A stretch of DNA of 64,000 bases from Eledone cirrhosa (GCA_964016885.1 OZ024753.1:15066001-15130000), one strand, 5' to 3'; numbered from the stretch's first letter, positions 15,755 through 27,177 are shown. A program made the numbers and translations. The notes: a model not told the origin generated them from the letters alone.

Positions 15755-15819
15755 TATTTTATCTGATGAAAGCGTACCAATGTTGTCTTGGTTACCCTTG
15801 AAATATATATAATAAAATA
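15755..15819 (+). ncRNA. Type I hammerhead, family H1
   Basis: tattttat CTGATGA aagcgtaccaa...ttggttaccctt GAAA tatata TA ataaaata; island 15689-15955 is homologous to 442-690. Confidence 0.8.
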
Positions 15820-15952
15820 AATATGGTTTTATAAATATAGTTTCCATTTATTTAATATCATTGAATATTTACTCCAGTAACTTGTTGAGTGCTCTAAATC
15901 AGTTATAAACATTTATATTTGTCGGACTTCCAACAAATTAAATACAACTTCT

Positions 15953-15990
<38 letters not shown>

Positions 15991-16161
15991 CATACATACT
16001 TAGTGTGGTTACCTCCGATTGAACATGGGACTCACATATATATATACATATATCCATATATATATATATATATATATATATCCATATATATATATATATA
16101 TATATATATCCATATATATATATATATATTGATATGATTCTGTCATTACTACACCAGAGAT

Positions 16162-16242
16162 CCGACGAGCTTTTGATTCCAGAGTCGGGCCAGATCGATA
16201 CAAATCGAACCCTAAGCTGATCAACAGCGAAACGTGCGTCAC
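16162..16242 (+). ncRNA. Hammerhead-like variant (CCGACGA core, long stem II)
   Basis: CCGACGA gcttttga...tcaacagc GAAAC gtgc GTC; paralogs at 62990 and 31430. Stem I is weak. Confidence 0.5.
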
Positions 16243-16286
16243 CACCCAATAAACGTAATGAAGGTTTAACAAATTGTCCTTGTATT

Positions 16287-16339
<53 letters not shown>

Positions 16340-16780
16340 GCCTTTAGTTAAATCCGACAGTCTTCAATGGTGGTTTCCAAATATTTTTGTCTGGTTCTCT
16401 TCTTATCTTTAGAAATGAAATACTTTTCAGGTTTTTCTCATGGCGCAAATTTCTATGTGTCACGAAAGAATAGCGAATATCAAATATATGAAAGCCAATA
16501 TAAAAAGGCAATAAGCTGTTGCTTCGTATATTAGGTTTCATCTATTTTAATCATATTATTGCCAATAAGGAGAAACAGGCTAGCACTTAACCTGTATAGA
16601 AAAGGCTTCTGAAGAAAGAAAAGTGAAAATAAGGTATGTTTTGTTTTATGTGATTTGTTTTAATCTATGCAGACTATTCGATTGAGAATTGATTGCAGTT
16701 GGAATGATATCCGTGTTGCTATAATCTGCTACTGGATTTACCAATGCTGCCGGCTTTTAGCATGTCTTATTTCGCCTTCT

Positions 16781-17598
16781 TCCATTTTTAAAACACGAAC
16801 CTCAGTCACACCAACTGTGAATTTGCCTTCCATTTTTTTTTTAATACGAACCTCAGTCACACCAACTGTGAATTTGCCTTCCATTTTTGTTTTAATACGA
16901 ACCTCAGTCACACCAACTGTGAATTTGCCTTCCATTTTTAAAACACGAACCTCAGTCACACCAACTGTGAATTTGCCTTCCATTTTTTTTTAAACACGAA
17001 CCTCACTCACACCAACTGTGAATTTGCCTTCCATTTTTTTTTTTAACACGAACCTCACTCACACCAACTGTGAATTTGCCTTCCATTTTTTTTTTAAACA
17101 CGAACCTCACTCACACCAACTGTGAATTTGCCTTCCATTTTTTTTTTAAACACGAACCTCACTCACACCAACTGTGAATTTGCCTTCCATTTTTTTTTTA
17201 AACACGAACCTCAGTCACACCAACTGTGAATTTGCCTTCCATTTTTTTTTTAAACACGAACCTCACTCACACCAACTGTGAATTTGCCTTCCATTTTTTT
17301 TTTAAACACGAACCTCAGTCACACCAACTGTGAATTTGCCTTCCATTTTCTTTTTAAACACGAACCTCAGTCACACCAACTGTGAATTTGCCTTCCATTT
17401 TTTTTTTAAACACGAACCTCACTCACACTAACTGTGAATTTGCCTTCTATTTTTTTTTAAATACGAACCTCAGTCACACCAACTGTGAATTTGCCTTCCA
17501 TTTTTTTTTTAAACACGAACCTCAGTCACACTAACTGTGAATTTGCCTTCCATTTCTTTTTTAAAACACGAACCTCAGTCACACCAGCAGTGAATTTC
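16781..17598. repeat. About 51-52-bp minisatellite, about 16 units
   Basis: Unit aaacacgaacctcagtcacaccaactgtgaatttgccttcca(t)n with variable poly-T length. Confidence 0.95.
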
Positions 17599-17675
17599 CA
17601 GATATTTGAAGATGTGAAACGATTTAATATGGAACGACTAAGTTGAGAGACATTTCGATCTCGTTGTAGCTATAT

Positions 17676-17822
17676 CAGTCATGGGCAAACTGCGGCCCGT
17701 TTGGCTTTCTGAATGGCACGCCTAATTTCAAAAGTGCCTTGAATGTTTTTAGTAGTGCGGCCTACCTTATGATGAGGCACATACTATGCGGCCCACTACT
17801 TGAAAAAGGTTGCCCAAGCTTG
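17676..17822. mobile_element. hAT/Charlie-like MITE
   Basis: Ends cagtcatgggcaaactgcggcccg ... tgcggccc...aaaaaggttgcccaagcttg, typical of Charlie-type MITEs; TSD not clear. Confidence 0.6.
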
Positions 17823-17933
17823 ATCTCTATCAACAGCTGAAGTAGAGGTGAACGAAAGAGAACGAGAGAACTCGATATTGTTCATTTCAGCTGAATTCAA
17901 TTTATTGTAATACAAAATGTTATGCCACTGCAA

Positions 17934-18040
17934 TAATTGTTTCTACGTTAGGCACAAGGCCAGCAAATACCCAGTGTATTACTGGTACTTTATTTTATAG
18001 ACCCCGTAATGATGAAAGGCAAAGTTAACCTCGGCGGGCT
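17934..18040 (-). mobile_element. SINE family A, 3' half
   Basis: Homology to 101-290. Confidence 0.8.
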
Positions 18041-18205
18041 GCAATAATAATAAGTATTTGCATGAAGAAGTGACATGAAACAGTAGCGACAAATCTAAAG
18101 TATGAGGATACCATTGTATCGTAGACAAACCTCTCGATGACGTCATCATTGAGCTGTTTATCTGAAGTTCGGGTTTCTAGATGAGACCCTGTCAATGTTT
18201 ACTTC

Positions 18206-18394
18206 AGCGGTGGATTGGCAGTATCAGTAGAGGGTCGGATGCCATGCTTTCCAGCATAGATACGTCCCTTTACGGTCTGAGTTCAAATCGCGCCGAGGTT
18301 GACTTTGCCTTTCATCCTTACGGAGTCGATAAAATAAAGTACCTGTAATGTACTGCGTAATTGCTGGCCTTGTGCCAAAAGTAGAAACAATTAT
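18206..18394 (+). mobile_element. SINE family A, full length
   Basis: A box tggcagtatcagtagag, B box gagttcaaatc, core and tail agtagaaacaattat. Confidence 0.9.
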
Positions 18395-18639
18395 TACGAA
18401 ACACAAACATTGCAATATCTCTACTGTCTTTTAAAGTGATACAACGACATCATCATACATCACCGGTGCTTCATGTCACTGTTGTCTTTTAGTGAATAAT
18501 GATTGCTGCAGTCGCAGAAAAGTTTGATTGACCGTTACCTTGTCAAGGAAATTGTGAAACTGCAAAACTCCATCATATATATATATATATATATGAAAAA
18601 GAACACAAGAGCGTCTACAACATCAAAAGATTTTTATTG

Positions 18640-18684
18640 GCTTACAATGTTTCTTCCTTACGTAACCGTAGGATTCGTCAGAGC
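18640..18684 (-). ncRNA. Type I hammerhead ribozyme
   Basis: Minus strand: gct CTGACGA atcctacg-gtta-cgtaagga a GAAAC att GTA agc. Confidence 0.65.
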
Positions 18685-19302
18685 TATAAAAGGGGTTTGA
18701 TTGGTGTTATGGACTCTACCAACCAAACATTCAAGAACAAAGAGTAAAGAGAGTAAAGAGCAAAAGTAGGGGACGATAAGTCTAATTTTGGTGCGGGAGG
18801 GTGAGTGTGGGTCCTTGTTTACTAGCTGCGGTCATATTCATTCCCGGGGGTCGGGTGGTTAGCTGAACCATAGATGGGGTGGCGTCGATAGTATGGTGCA
18901 GAGGGTGCGCAGAGGCTACACAAACACAAAGGGCATACAATATATATGTATATATAGCGGAGGAGAAAGTACATGAGGTAATTAGAAATGGAAAAAGAGT
19001 AACAATAATAATCTATAATTAATAGTGTATAATGAGGCATGGGGAAGATTACACTATAATAAGGTATAAAAGTAAGAATATATATATATATATATATTCA
19101 GGTTTGTGGCTCACCACTGTACTGTATAGAGCTGGTCTATTCCGTATGGTCAATCGTAATGTAATAATATAGAGAGTACTCAACGTAAAGCAGTTCAACC
19201 GTCTTTGTTTTTGTAGTTGGTGGTGCTATTACGGAGTTAAATATTATAATGAAATGACAGCCCCATGGATTTTATCTATTACATTCACGTATTATATTTC
19301 GA

Positions 19303-19360
19303 ATACCTGATGATATCACCGGATTCATACGGAACCCGGTCATTGAAATGATCATAGTAT
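19303..19360 (+). ncRNA. Type I hammerhead, family H4
   Basis: atac CTGATGA tatcaccggattc-atacg-gaacccggtcatt GAAA tgatca TA gtat; palindromic helix III ATGATCAT. Confidence 0.75.
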
Positions 19361-19526
19361 AATAAACCTTTCAAGGATTTACACAAATCCAGCCTCCTGT
19401 CATTTCATTATAATATATATATATATATATACATATACACAGCTGTATCACATTCTCACCGGCTAATGAGATAACTGTGACATGATCACAGCTTAAAACA
19501 TGCTTATGTTAGTGTTACTGCTAATA

Positions 19527-19566
<40 letters not shown>

Positions 19567-19738
19567 CATATAAGGTTTTTGATCGATATCCAGTGATTTC
19601 GATATGTTACTCTAAATATAGTTTTTGAAGAATTCCCTTTTCTTTAAACCCATCAATCAATGACCTCCACCCATCCCAATCACCACCCTCTCCTTCCACA
19701 AGAACAGATATAAATACCACCATATTACTTGGACAGTC

Positions 19739-19789
19739 GGCTTCCTGATGATTTCTCCCGAATGAAACAGTTCTAGTCCTGTAGAAGCC
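19739..19789 (+). ncRNA. Type I hammerhead, family H3
   Basis: ggcttc CTGATGA tttc-tccc-gaat GAA ACAG-ttctagtc-CTGT A gaagcc. Confidence 0.8.
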
Positions 19790-20097
19790 TTTTCTATATT
19801 AAACATATTATATATATATATATATATATAATATGTGTATGTATTCACGTTTGTGTCTGTGTTTATGCTTCGTAATTTAGAGTTTCTACAATAAAGATCG
19901 ATGAATAATCACTAGACTAGATGCAATAATTATTGGAGACGGTATGATCGAAGATAAGAAGTTGCTCCAGCGTGGACACAGCAGATAACCGAAACCATTT
20001 AAAAGAATGGATATAGATACGTAGAATCATCGGTAAGAGGATCTGATTAATAGAGTTATCTACCTTTGTCAGCATCGAATCCTCAACAAAAGATAAT

Positions 20098-20362
20098 TCT
20101 ACTACTACTGCTACTACCACCATCACCACCACTACTACCACCATTACTACTACCACCACCACCGCCACTAATACTACTACTACCAACATTACTATTACCA
20201 CCACTACTACCACCACCGCTACTACCACCACCACAACAACTACTACTACTGCCACCACTGCTACTACCACCACCACCACTGCTACCACCATCACCACTAC
20301 TACCACTACCACCATTACTACTACTACTACCACCACCACTACCACTACTACCACTACCACTA
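20098..20362. repeat. (ACT/ACC)n triplet microsatellite
   Basis: Direct reading. Confidence 0.95.
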
Positions 20363-20685
20363 TGTTGAGACTACATTAAATTTAATACCTGAGGTTCGTC
20401 TGTTCCGATCATACATAAATATATATGGCTTCTGCTTAGGAAAAAAATGAGACTTTTCCAACGTATCTGATTTCCAGTAGAATCAGTAAATCCGTTTATA
20501 AAACGCTGTAAAGAGTTTACTGTGATTCCTTATTAGTCGAGCATGACAACATTTCCATATTGACTTAAGCAAGTCTTATAAACACACATTTAATGTGTAT
20601 ATATGAAGGCAACGCTATAAGTAAATATTCCCATATAAAGAGCTGCCATACGGTGTCTTTCAAACGTAGCTTTTATCATCAACGA

Positions 20686-21310
20686 TAGTCTTAGTCTAAG
20701 TCTTAGATTCTTCCGCGCCGTTCGGTGCATCGAGCAATAAGTACTCGCCAACGGTCACGATCAGCGAGTACTTATTGCTCGATGCACCGAACGGCGCGGA
20801 AGAATCTAAGTCTTAGTCTAAGTCTTAGATTCTTCCGCGCCGTTCGGTGCATCGAGCAATAAGTACTCGCCAACGGTCACGATCAGCGAGTACTTATTGC
20901 TCGATGCACCGAACGGCGCGGAAGAATCTAAGTCTTAGTCTAAGTCTTAGATTCTTCCGCGCCGTTCGGTGCATCGAGCAATAAGTACTCGCCAACGGTC
21001 ACGATCAGCGAGTACTTATTGCTCGATGCACCGAACGGCGCGGAAGAATCTAAGTCTTAGTCTAAGTCATAGATTCTTCCGCGCCGTTCGGCACATCGAG
21101 CAATAAGTACTCGCCAACGGTCACGATCAGCGAGTACTTATTGCTCGATGCACCGAACGGCGCGGAAGAATCTAAGTCTTAGTCTAAGTCTTAGATTCTT
21201 CCGCGCCGTTCGGTGCATCGAGCAATAAGTACTCGCCAACGGTCACGATCAGCGAGTACTTATTGCTCGATGCACCGAACGGCGCGGAAGAATCTAAGTC
21301 TTAGTCTAAG
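20686..21310. repeat. Tandem array of five 122-bp palindromic units derived from an RTE LINE 3' end
   Basis: Units start at 20701, 20823, 20945, 21067 and 21189; each is a 47-bp arm, a 15-nt loop and the inverted arm, plus a tcttagtctaag linker. Confidence 0.95.
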
Positions 21311-21630
21311 TCTTAGATTCTTCCGCGCCGTTCGGTGCATCGAGCAATAAGTACTCGCCAACGGTCACGATCAGCGGCAACTTTTTCGAGACCGTGTCAG
21401 GTGATGTCGACTGCCATCAGGTCCTTCCGTAACGTTCGTCGCCAGGTGATCCTTGGGCAACCTCCGCCTCCGTTTACTGCCGGACGGGGTCTAGTTCATC
21501 GCAGTTTTCGAATGCCGTTCATTTGGCAGACGCAGAATATGGCCAACCAGCCGGCACCGACGCTCCGTGACCACTCTCTGCAGTGTCCACGACTCGACTC
21601 TCCGCAGCGCCTCGTTTCGCACTCGATAAG
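21311..21630 (-). mobile_element. RTE-clade LINE 3' fragment
   Basis: Minus strand encodes ...RLVGHILRLPNERHSKTAMN...(frameshift)...AADRDRWRVLIARCTERRGRI*, followed by a taagac/tagact tail. Confidence 0.8.
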
Positions 21631-22321
21631 ATAGCATTAATAACGTTTGTTGCTAACTTCTGCTTTGTTTCATGACAAATATATATATTACAGTAAAGTA
21701 AAGAATTAGTAGTACTTGAAGTTTAATTAACGCTAACAGAACTGTTCTATTGACAAAGAAATAGGATTATAAGATGATCATGGTAAAGAGAACATCAGTT
21801 ACGAAACGACATTTCCAGTTGTGTCTCGTCTTGTACATACCTTATTCAAAATACAGTAGAAAACAATGCATTGTATCCTTTCCAAAAAGAAGATATGGTA
21901 ACCCTTAAAAAAATCTCAAATTTTAAAGTCATGTTATTCAGGGCCGGATTTAATGGGTTTGGGTACAAATGCCCTGGGGCCCCTGCGACGGTCGTAGTAA
22001 TTTATTTGTACCCTCAGTTGAGCTTTTTAGTTTTAGGATGGTTAGAATGTTTGATTTTATTACCTGTATGAACAATTTTTCAATTCCAATTACTTGCACG
22101 AAGCTAATTTTGTTATATATATATATATATTAGAAGCAAAGAAAATTTCAATAACGCGAAAGATTTCCTGGAAATTCAGGTGTACTCCGGGTTGGTACCT
22201 AGTTTCGGAGTGAAAATCCTATGTATGTATGTATGTAAAAGGTAAACAGAAATAACAACACAATCGGTACAATATATGGAAGGAATATATAAGGCTAACG
22301 CTTGAAATAGCAGGAAGAGGG

Positions 22322-22357
22322 TCTTAACGTTTCGGACGCTAGTCCTTCATCAGAAGA
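22322..22357 (-). ncRNA. Minimal PLE-type hammerhead, family H7 copy 1 (island 22225-22455)
   Basis: Minus strand: tctt CTGATGA a ggac-tagc-gtcc GAAAC GTT aaga. Confidence 0.8.
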
Positions 22358-22456
22358 AAGAATAAGAAATAAGATAGATTAAAGGGACGGGCGGGTTGGA
22401 ATTGGAAAAATGTCTTTAGAAAAAAAAAACAGGTAGATTCATGTTGACATATCTCA

Positions 22457-22533
<77 letters not shown>

Positions 22534-22599
22534 ATATATATATATATATATATAAACGAGCGACTTTCGTCAAATCGGACCGAGGAAACAATGTTTCCA

Positions 22600-22762
22600 T
22601 CGGTCTTTCCAATTGCTAATACAATCTATCGGTCGCAACTCCAGGTAGAAGGGGCAACGTGAAATAAAGTCTCTTGCTCAAGGACATAACGCATCACCTG
22701 GTCCGGGAATCGAACTCACCACCTTACGATTGTGAATCGAATTCTCTAACTACTCAGCCACA
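22600..22762 (-). mobile_element. tRNA/CORE-like SINE family B, 5' part
   Basis: Minus strand: gtggctgagtagttagag...gagttcgattccc...gtccttgagcaagagact. Confidence 0.7.
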
Positions 22763-22859
22763 CGTATGTATGTAAAAGGCAAACAGAAATAACAACACAA
22801 TCGGTACAGTATATAGAAGGTATATATTAGGCTAACGCTTGAAATAGCAGGAAGAGGGC

Positions 22860-22893
22860 CTTAACGTTTCGGACGTTAGTCCTTCATCAGAAG
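22860..22893 (-). ncRNA. Minimal PLE-type hammerhead, family H7 copy 2 (island 22764-22990)
   Basis: Minus strand: ctt CTGATGA a ggac-taac-gtcc GAAAC GTT aag. Confidence 0.8.
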
Positions 22894-23000
22894 AAAGAAT
22901 AAGAAATAAAATAGATTGAGGGGACGGGCGGGATGGAATTGGAAAAAATGTCTTTAGTTAAAAATAACAGGCCCATTCATGTTGACACACACACACACAA

Positions 23001-23044
<44 letters not shown>

Positions 23045-23258
23045 TTTACGTATCGAGAAAGAGGAAAAAAAGGGGGGATAGGTGATACATATAGTTATTT
23101 GCCAAGTAGCGTATGCCAAAGGTGCTCGATACTAGTGCCGGCAGTATTAAATATTCGAAGTGTTAATATTTAGTGGGCTAGAGAGTTAGCAGAGCGTAGG
23201 CACGTGGGAAAGTAAAAAATCGGAGAATAGACCGTTAAAACATGTTTATTTAAAACAG

Positions 23259-23297
23259 CACCTACGTACGTTTCGCCCAGTTGGGTTTCTCAAGGGC
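23259..23297 (-). ncRNA. Hammerhead variant (UUGAGAA core) within an inverted-repeat island
   Basis: Minus strand: cc TTGAGAA acccaactgggc GAAAC gtac GTA gg; flanked by about 50-bp inverted arms at 23201-23254 and 23371-23424. Confidence 0.6.
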
Positions 23298-23421
23298 ATA
23301 AATAATCACAAGTGTTCCTTATGTTGCTCGGAAAGAGTTTTTGGGGTTAAATCCACATCAATGATGTGGATTTAAATAAACATGTTTTAACGGTCTATTC
23401 TCCGATTTTTTACTTTCCCAC

Positions 23422-23456
<35 letters not shown>

Positions 23457-23690
23457 ACTGGAAACATCAACATCTCGCCCACCTCATATTAAACAAATTC
23501 GCATCACATCGCTTTTGTTGCGGCTCGTGTGCAGAATTTTTATTAAAGTTTGCTTTCATTAATGATTAAGCGTCATGGATGAATCAAAACCACACACAAA
23601 TATATATATATATATATATATATATGCATATATGTACGTTTGTATATATATGTATGGATATATGTTTGTATGTATACGTATGTTTGTACA

Positions 23691-23722
<32 letters not shown>

Positions 23723-24381
23723 CACACAATATATATGTACGCACACCCAGTTGTTTGCCATTAAACACACAGCTGGATCGATATCGTATAGGACTGGAAA
23801 AAGAATCGATTATTTTTATGTAAATAAAAGAAAGAAGTAACATCTTCATTTGTTTTGCTTGGAAAACCTTGCTACTGTCCTGCAAATGTCATCTACGAGA
23901 TTCATTTAAGTTATACAATAAAACACAACTTTAACATTGTTCCTACACACTTAACTATTATTCGGAAAACTAATAGGATTGTTTATGATCAACAATAAGG
24001 AATAACATGCCTAGCTCTGTGTTAAGTTTCCATGACATGACCATGGGTTTGCATCTGCGAAGTACAAGCCTATCAGACGTTGATTCGTGTTAGTATTTTC
24101 TCTCCACTACACTGATACATTCAGCAGTGTATATATATATAGAGAGAGCTGTGTAGTAACAGTGAAATCTTTAACTACTTAATGAACACAACTACAAGGA
24201 TATGGTCCGAACGTGGAAGAGACGAACTCCCACTGTCATCGCCTCCATCTCTCTCGCCCTCGCCGTCTCTCCGTACGGTGAGAAAATGGGGTCCCACGTT
24301 CTGGCCTCCCCGGTGGACTGATACATTGTCCAGGGGAAGCTAAAGGCCGATATAACCTGACGCTAGTTTCGTTGCATTTGG

Positions 24382-24567
24382 GGATTGGCAGTATCGGTAG
24401 AGGGTCGGACGCCATGCTTTGCAGCAAAGAGTTATGGCCCTTTATGGTCTGAGTTCAATTCCCGCCGAGGTTAACTTTGCCTTTCATCCTTACGGGGTCG
24501 ATAAAATAAAGTACCAGTAATACACTGGGATAATTGCTGGCCTTGTGCCAAAAGTAGAAACAATTAT
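24382..24567 (+). mobile_element. SINE family A, full length
   Basis: A/B boxes, core and tail present. Confidence 0.9.
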
Positions 24568-24785
24568 GTTTCCTTTGAGTGAACTGAAACAACTTGAAGA
24601 TACGTTCCTGCTCAAAGACACAACATGCCACCCAGTCCCAGGAATCGAACTCATGATGTCACGACCTTGGGGCTACCAAGACTCTCGCCTTCTCAATCAA
24701 CAATAATATAGAGCAACTGATCCCAACTTTCAACCGTCAAGGTTGTTTTCCACGGTTATGTCACTAATTTATAAAACAAATTTTG

Positions 24786-24842
24786 TATTTTATCTGATGA
24801 AAGCGCACCAAGGCTCCCTTGGTTGCCCTTGAAATATATATA
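24786..24842 (+). ncRNA. Hammerhead family H1, 3'-truncated into a (TA)n tract
   Basis: tattttat CTGATGA aagcgcaccaagg-ctc-ccttggttgccctt GAAA tatata...; the 3' strand of stem I is missing. Confidence 0.6.
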
Positions 24843-24903
24843 TATATATATATATATGGAGAAAAAATTTACGAAATGGAAATGCGGGTATATAGAATTT
24901 ATT

Positions 24904-25020
24904 AGGTAACAATTGTTTCTATAGTGTATGAGTTACCTATACTTCGCTACTTGAATAATACACAAATATTATCAAAAACCGAAAGTACACTGTAAGCCAA
25001 CACACCATGTCATCAGACCT
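24904..25020 (-). ncRNA. Hammerhead with about 90-nt stem II in the PLE 3' UTR
   Basis: Minus strand: aggt CTGATGA c atggtgt...acactat a GAAAC aatt GTT acct aataaa. Confidence 0.75.
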
Positions 25021-25430
25021 TTGTATTAGAATGATATGAAAATATTTTATACACTAGATAAAAGATAAAGAAGGCGGTAGGAAGAGAAGGGGAAGAGGGA
25101 AGTGAGTAAGGTCGAGGGAGTCTTAGGGTTTAAGACTGTCAGACTAGTAGAGATTGTGAAGAGAGAATGTTTTGGCAGCAGTTAGCTTAATGAGGCGTGC
25201 AAAGGTTGGCTGGGAAGTAGATTCTTCTAGTGGTGTTGTTCGGACAAAATTTAGTTAGAGGGGTCAAAGTAGTACAGTGTCACAGACAAGTTATTAGGGC
25301 TATTATAGTAGCAGGTTATTTCTAAAGGGGTCCAGAAAAACAGTGTTTAGTACTATTATTATAGAAAGCCATATCTAGTGTATAAACATATAAGACAGAA
25401 ATTTGCAAACGTTGGTGTAAAAAGGTAACA

Positions 25431-26617
25431 TTATATGCATTTAAAAAAAGAAAAAGTCGTTTTCAAACGATGGTTACAATATAGAGAACGTTCAATTTTG
25501 CTGTTCAAAAGTTTGTTTACCGACGTTAAAATGCAGTATATCTCTAAATTGCATAACTTGCAGAATCGATGATTTTGCTGATATGCAGGCGCAGCTGCAA
25601 TAATTTGCCAATCAAGGGAGAACGCTTGATTGTTCCTCCGAAGCTGCCAGGCTTTATCGGCGAGAGTTGTTACGGAGCGCATTTTCTCGTGCCTGATCGA
25701 AGATCGATGTTGGTATAGGCGAGCCTTGAAAGAAGTTGCGGTACATCCTACGTAATACCATTTGTTGGTCCCGGAATTTATTGTACACCGGTAGACAATA
25801 TTGCGTGCTAGGCACTGGTTATTCAGTGGGCATATACCTGGTTTGGTGCAGTTACAACTATTTTTATGTTTTGCAGTAGAATCCTGGATAGTTTGGTGGG
25901 GTTGTGGTTGCGTGTTAGTGCGTTGTATGTTGCTATGCTGGTGCGCTGAGTCATTAGGGATGTACTTATTCAGTATTGCTGAGTTGAGTTTTCTAATTAG
26001 TTGTTCTATGTTAGGTGCAGTGGAGTATGAGAGTCTAATGGTGCGCGAGTTAAAGATTTTATAGTATTTATGTGAAGTTGTAAAGTGTTTATTGATTAGT
26101 GTATAGAATTGTGAGATAATCTTAGTGCTAATAGAAGAATTGTACACGGGGTTATACCATATGTACTCTCTACGTCTGACTCTATTTGCTGGTTTGCACC
26201 TGTTAGTATGCCTATTGATGTGTGTGTGTGTGGTGCAATACTAGTTCGACTTAGATGTGTTTTATTCATAGTACTTATGTGGTTATCGTCTAGATATTCA
26301 ATTTTCTCGCAGTAACGAGCTTTTCTAAGTGCGTCATTATAATATTCAGCATGCTCGTTGAAGGTCTGCAAATTAGACGACAGTCGGGAGATCCTCATGG
26401 ATATATTTTTAGGGATAGATTTAATAATGGAATGAGGATGGTTCGATTTTACATTAACGTACTTAAGATTTTCATTAAGTTTGTGAAATGGCTCTATATT
26501 ACCGTTATTAAGGTTGAAGGTGACATCCAAGAAGTTGACCACCTTAAGATTGTGTTCAAAGGTAATATTAAGCCCTAGTTCTAAGAAAAGTTTCCTAATG
26601 TTTTTACGTCGCCTTTC
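25431..26617 (-). pseudogene. PLE ORF remnant: RT thumb plus GIY-YIG endonuclease, one frameshift
   Basis: The RT part reads in the 26096..26950 frame and the linker/EN part in the 25431..26147 frame; the frame change probably falls at the (TG)7 run near 26219-26232. Confidence 0.85.
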
Positions 26618-26630
26618 TATATATATATAT

Positions 26631-26900
26631 CTGGTTCCTTCTACCATCTGCAGGCGACGCCTGGGCTGGTTTGGACACGCTTTGAGGCTTCCCCCGCAGA
26701 GACTGGCGAACCAAGTACTTAAATGGAGCCCACAGGGAAGCAGACGGAGAGGGCGACCCAAAATGAACTGGCGCCAGACAGTTGAGAGGGACCTGCGAGC
26801 GACTAACAGACAATGGCGGGACGCTGTGCAACTGGGTGCTGACCGAACGTGATGGAACACTATGATTGCCTCATGCGTCGCATACGTGGGAGCTTCTGAG

Positions 26901-26904
<4 letters not shown>
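26631..26904 (+). mobile_element. RTE-clade LINE 3' fragment
   Basis: [48 protein letters not shown]...ADR. Confidence 0.85.
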
Positions 26905-26937
<33 letters not shown>

Positions 26938-27039
26938 TATATATGTACATAAATATGTATGTGCGTGGGTGTATGTATATATGTATGTATGAATGAATGA
27001 ATGAATGTATGTGCGTGTGTGTATGTGTGTGTGTGTGTG

Positions 27040-27096
<57 letters not shown>

Positions 27097-27177
27097 GTTA
27101 TTCCGGGTTGAATCGGAGGTAACCACAGTAAGTAAGGTACTCAATACATAGCAGAGTATAAAAGTTTTAATATAGAT

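Larger units (their letters stand above)
24858..26617 (-). mobile_element. 5'-truncated Penelope-like retroelement (Naiad-like), flanked by (TA)n on both sides
   Basis: RT C-terminus [14 protein letters not shown]...[17 protein letters not shown], linker [12 protein letters not shown] and CNCx5C, GIY-YIG (NIVYRC...YYVGCT...FKARLYQH...CKLCNLE...LLN), then a 3' UTR with an HHR and AATAAA. Confidence 0.9.

Noticed and set aside
18206-18290. tRNA genes at the SINE heads
   Set aside because: A and B boxes are present but there is no complete cloverleaf, and each continues into a repeated SINE body.
20686-21375. CRISPR-like appearance of the palindromic array (also 16781 and 34026)
   Set aside because: The loops are identical rather than variable spacers, there are no cas genes, the context is eukaryotic, and the unit derives from an RTE end.
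24858-26147. Selenocysteine/SECIS usage as reported for some Naiad elements
   Set aside because: No in-frame TGA at the conserved cysteines in the visible ORF, and no SECIS could be supported by eye.
26096-26950. 284-aa ORF as a single gene
   Set aside because: It is a chimera of TA repeat, antisense RTE fragment, true PLE RT segment and out-of-frame linker.
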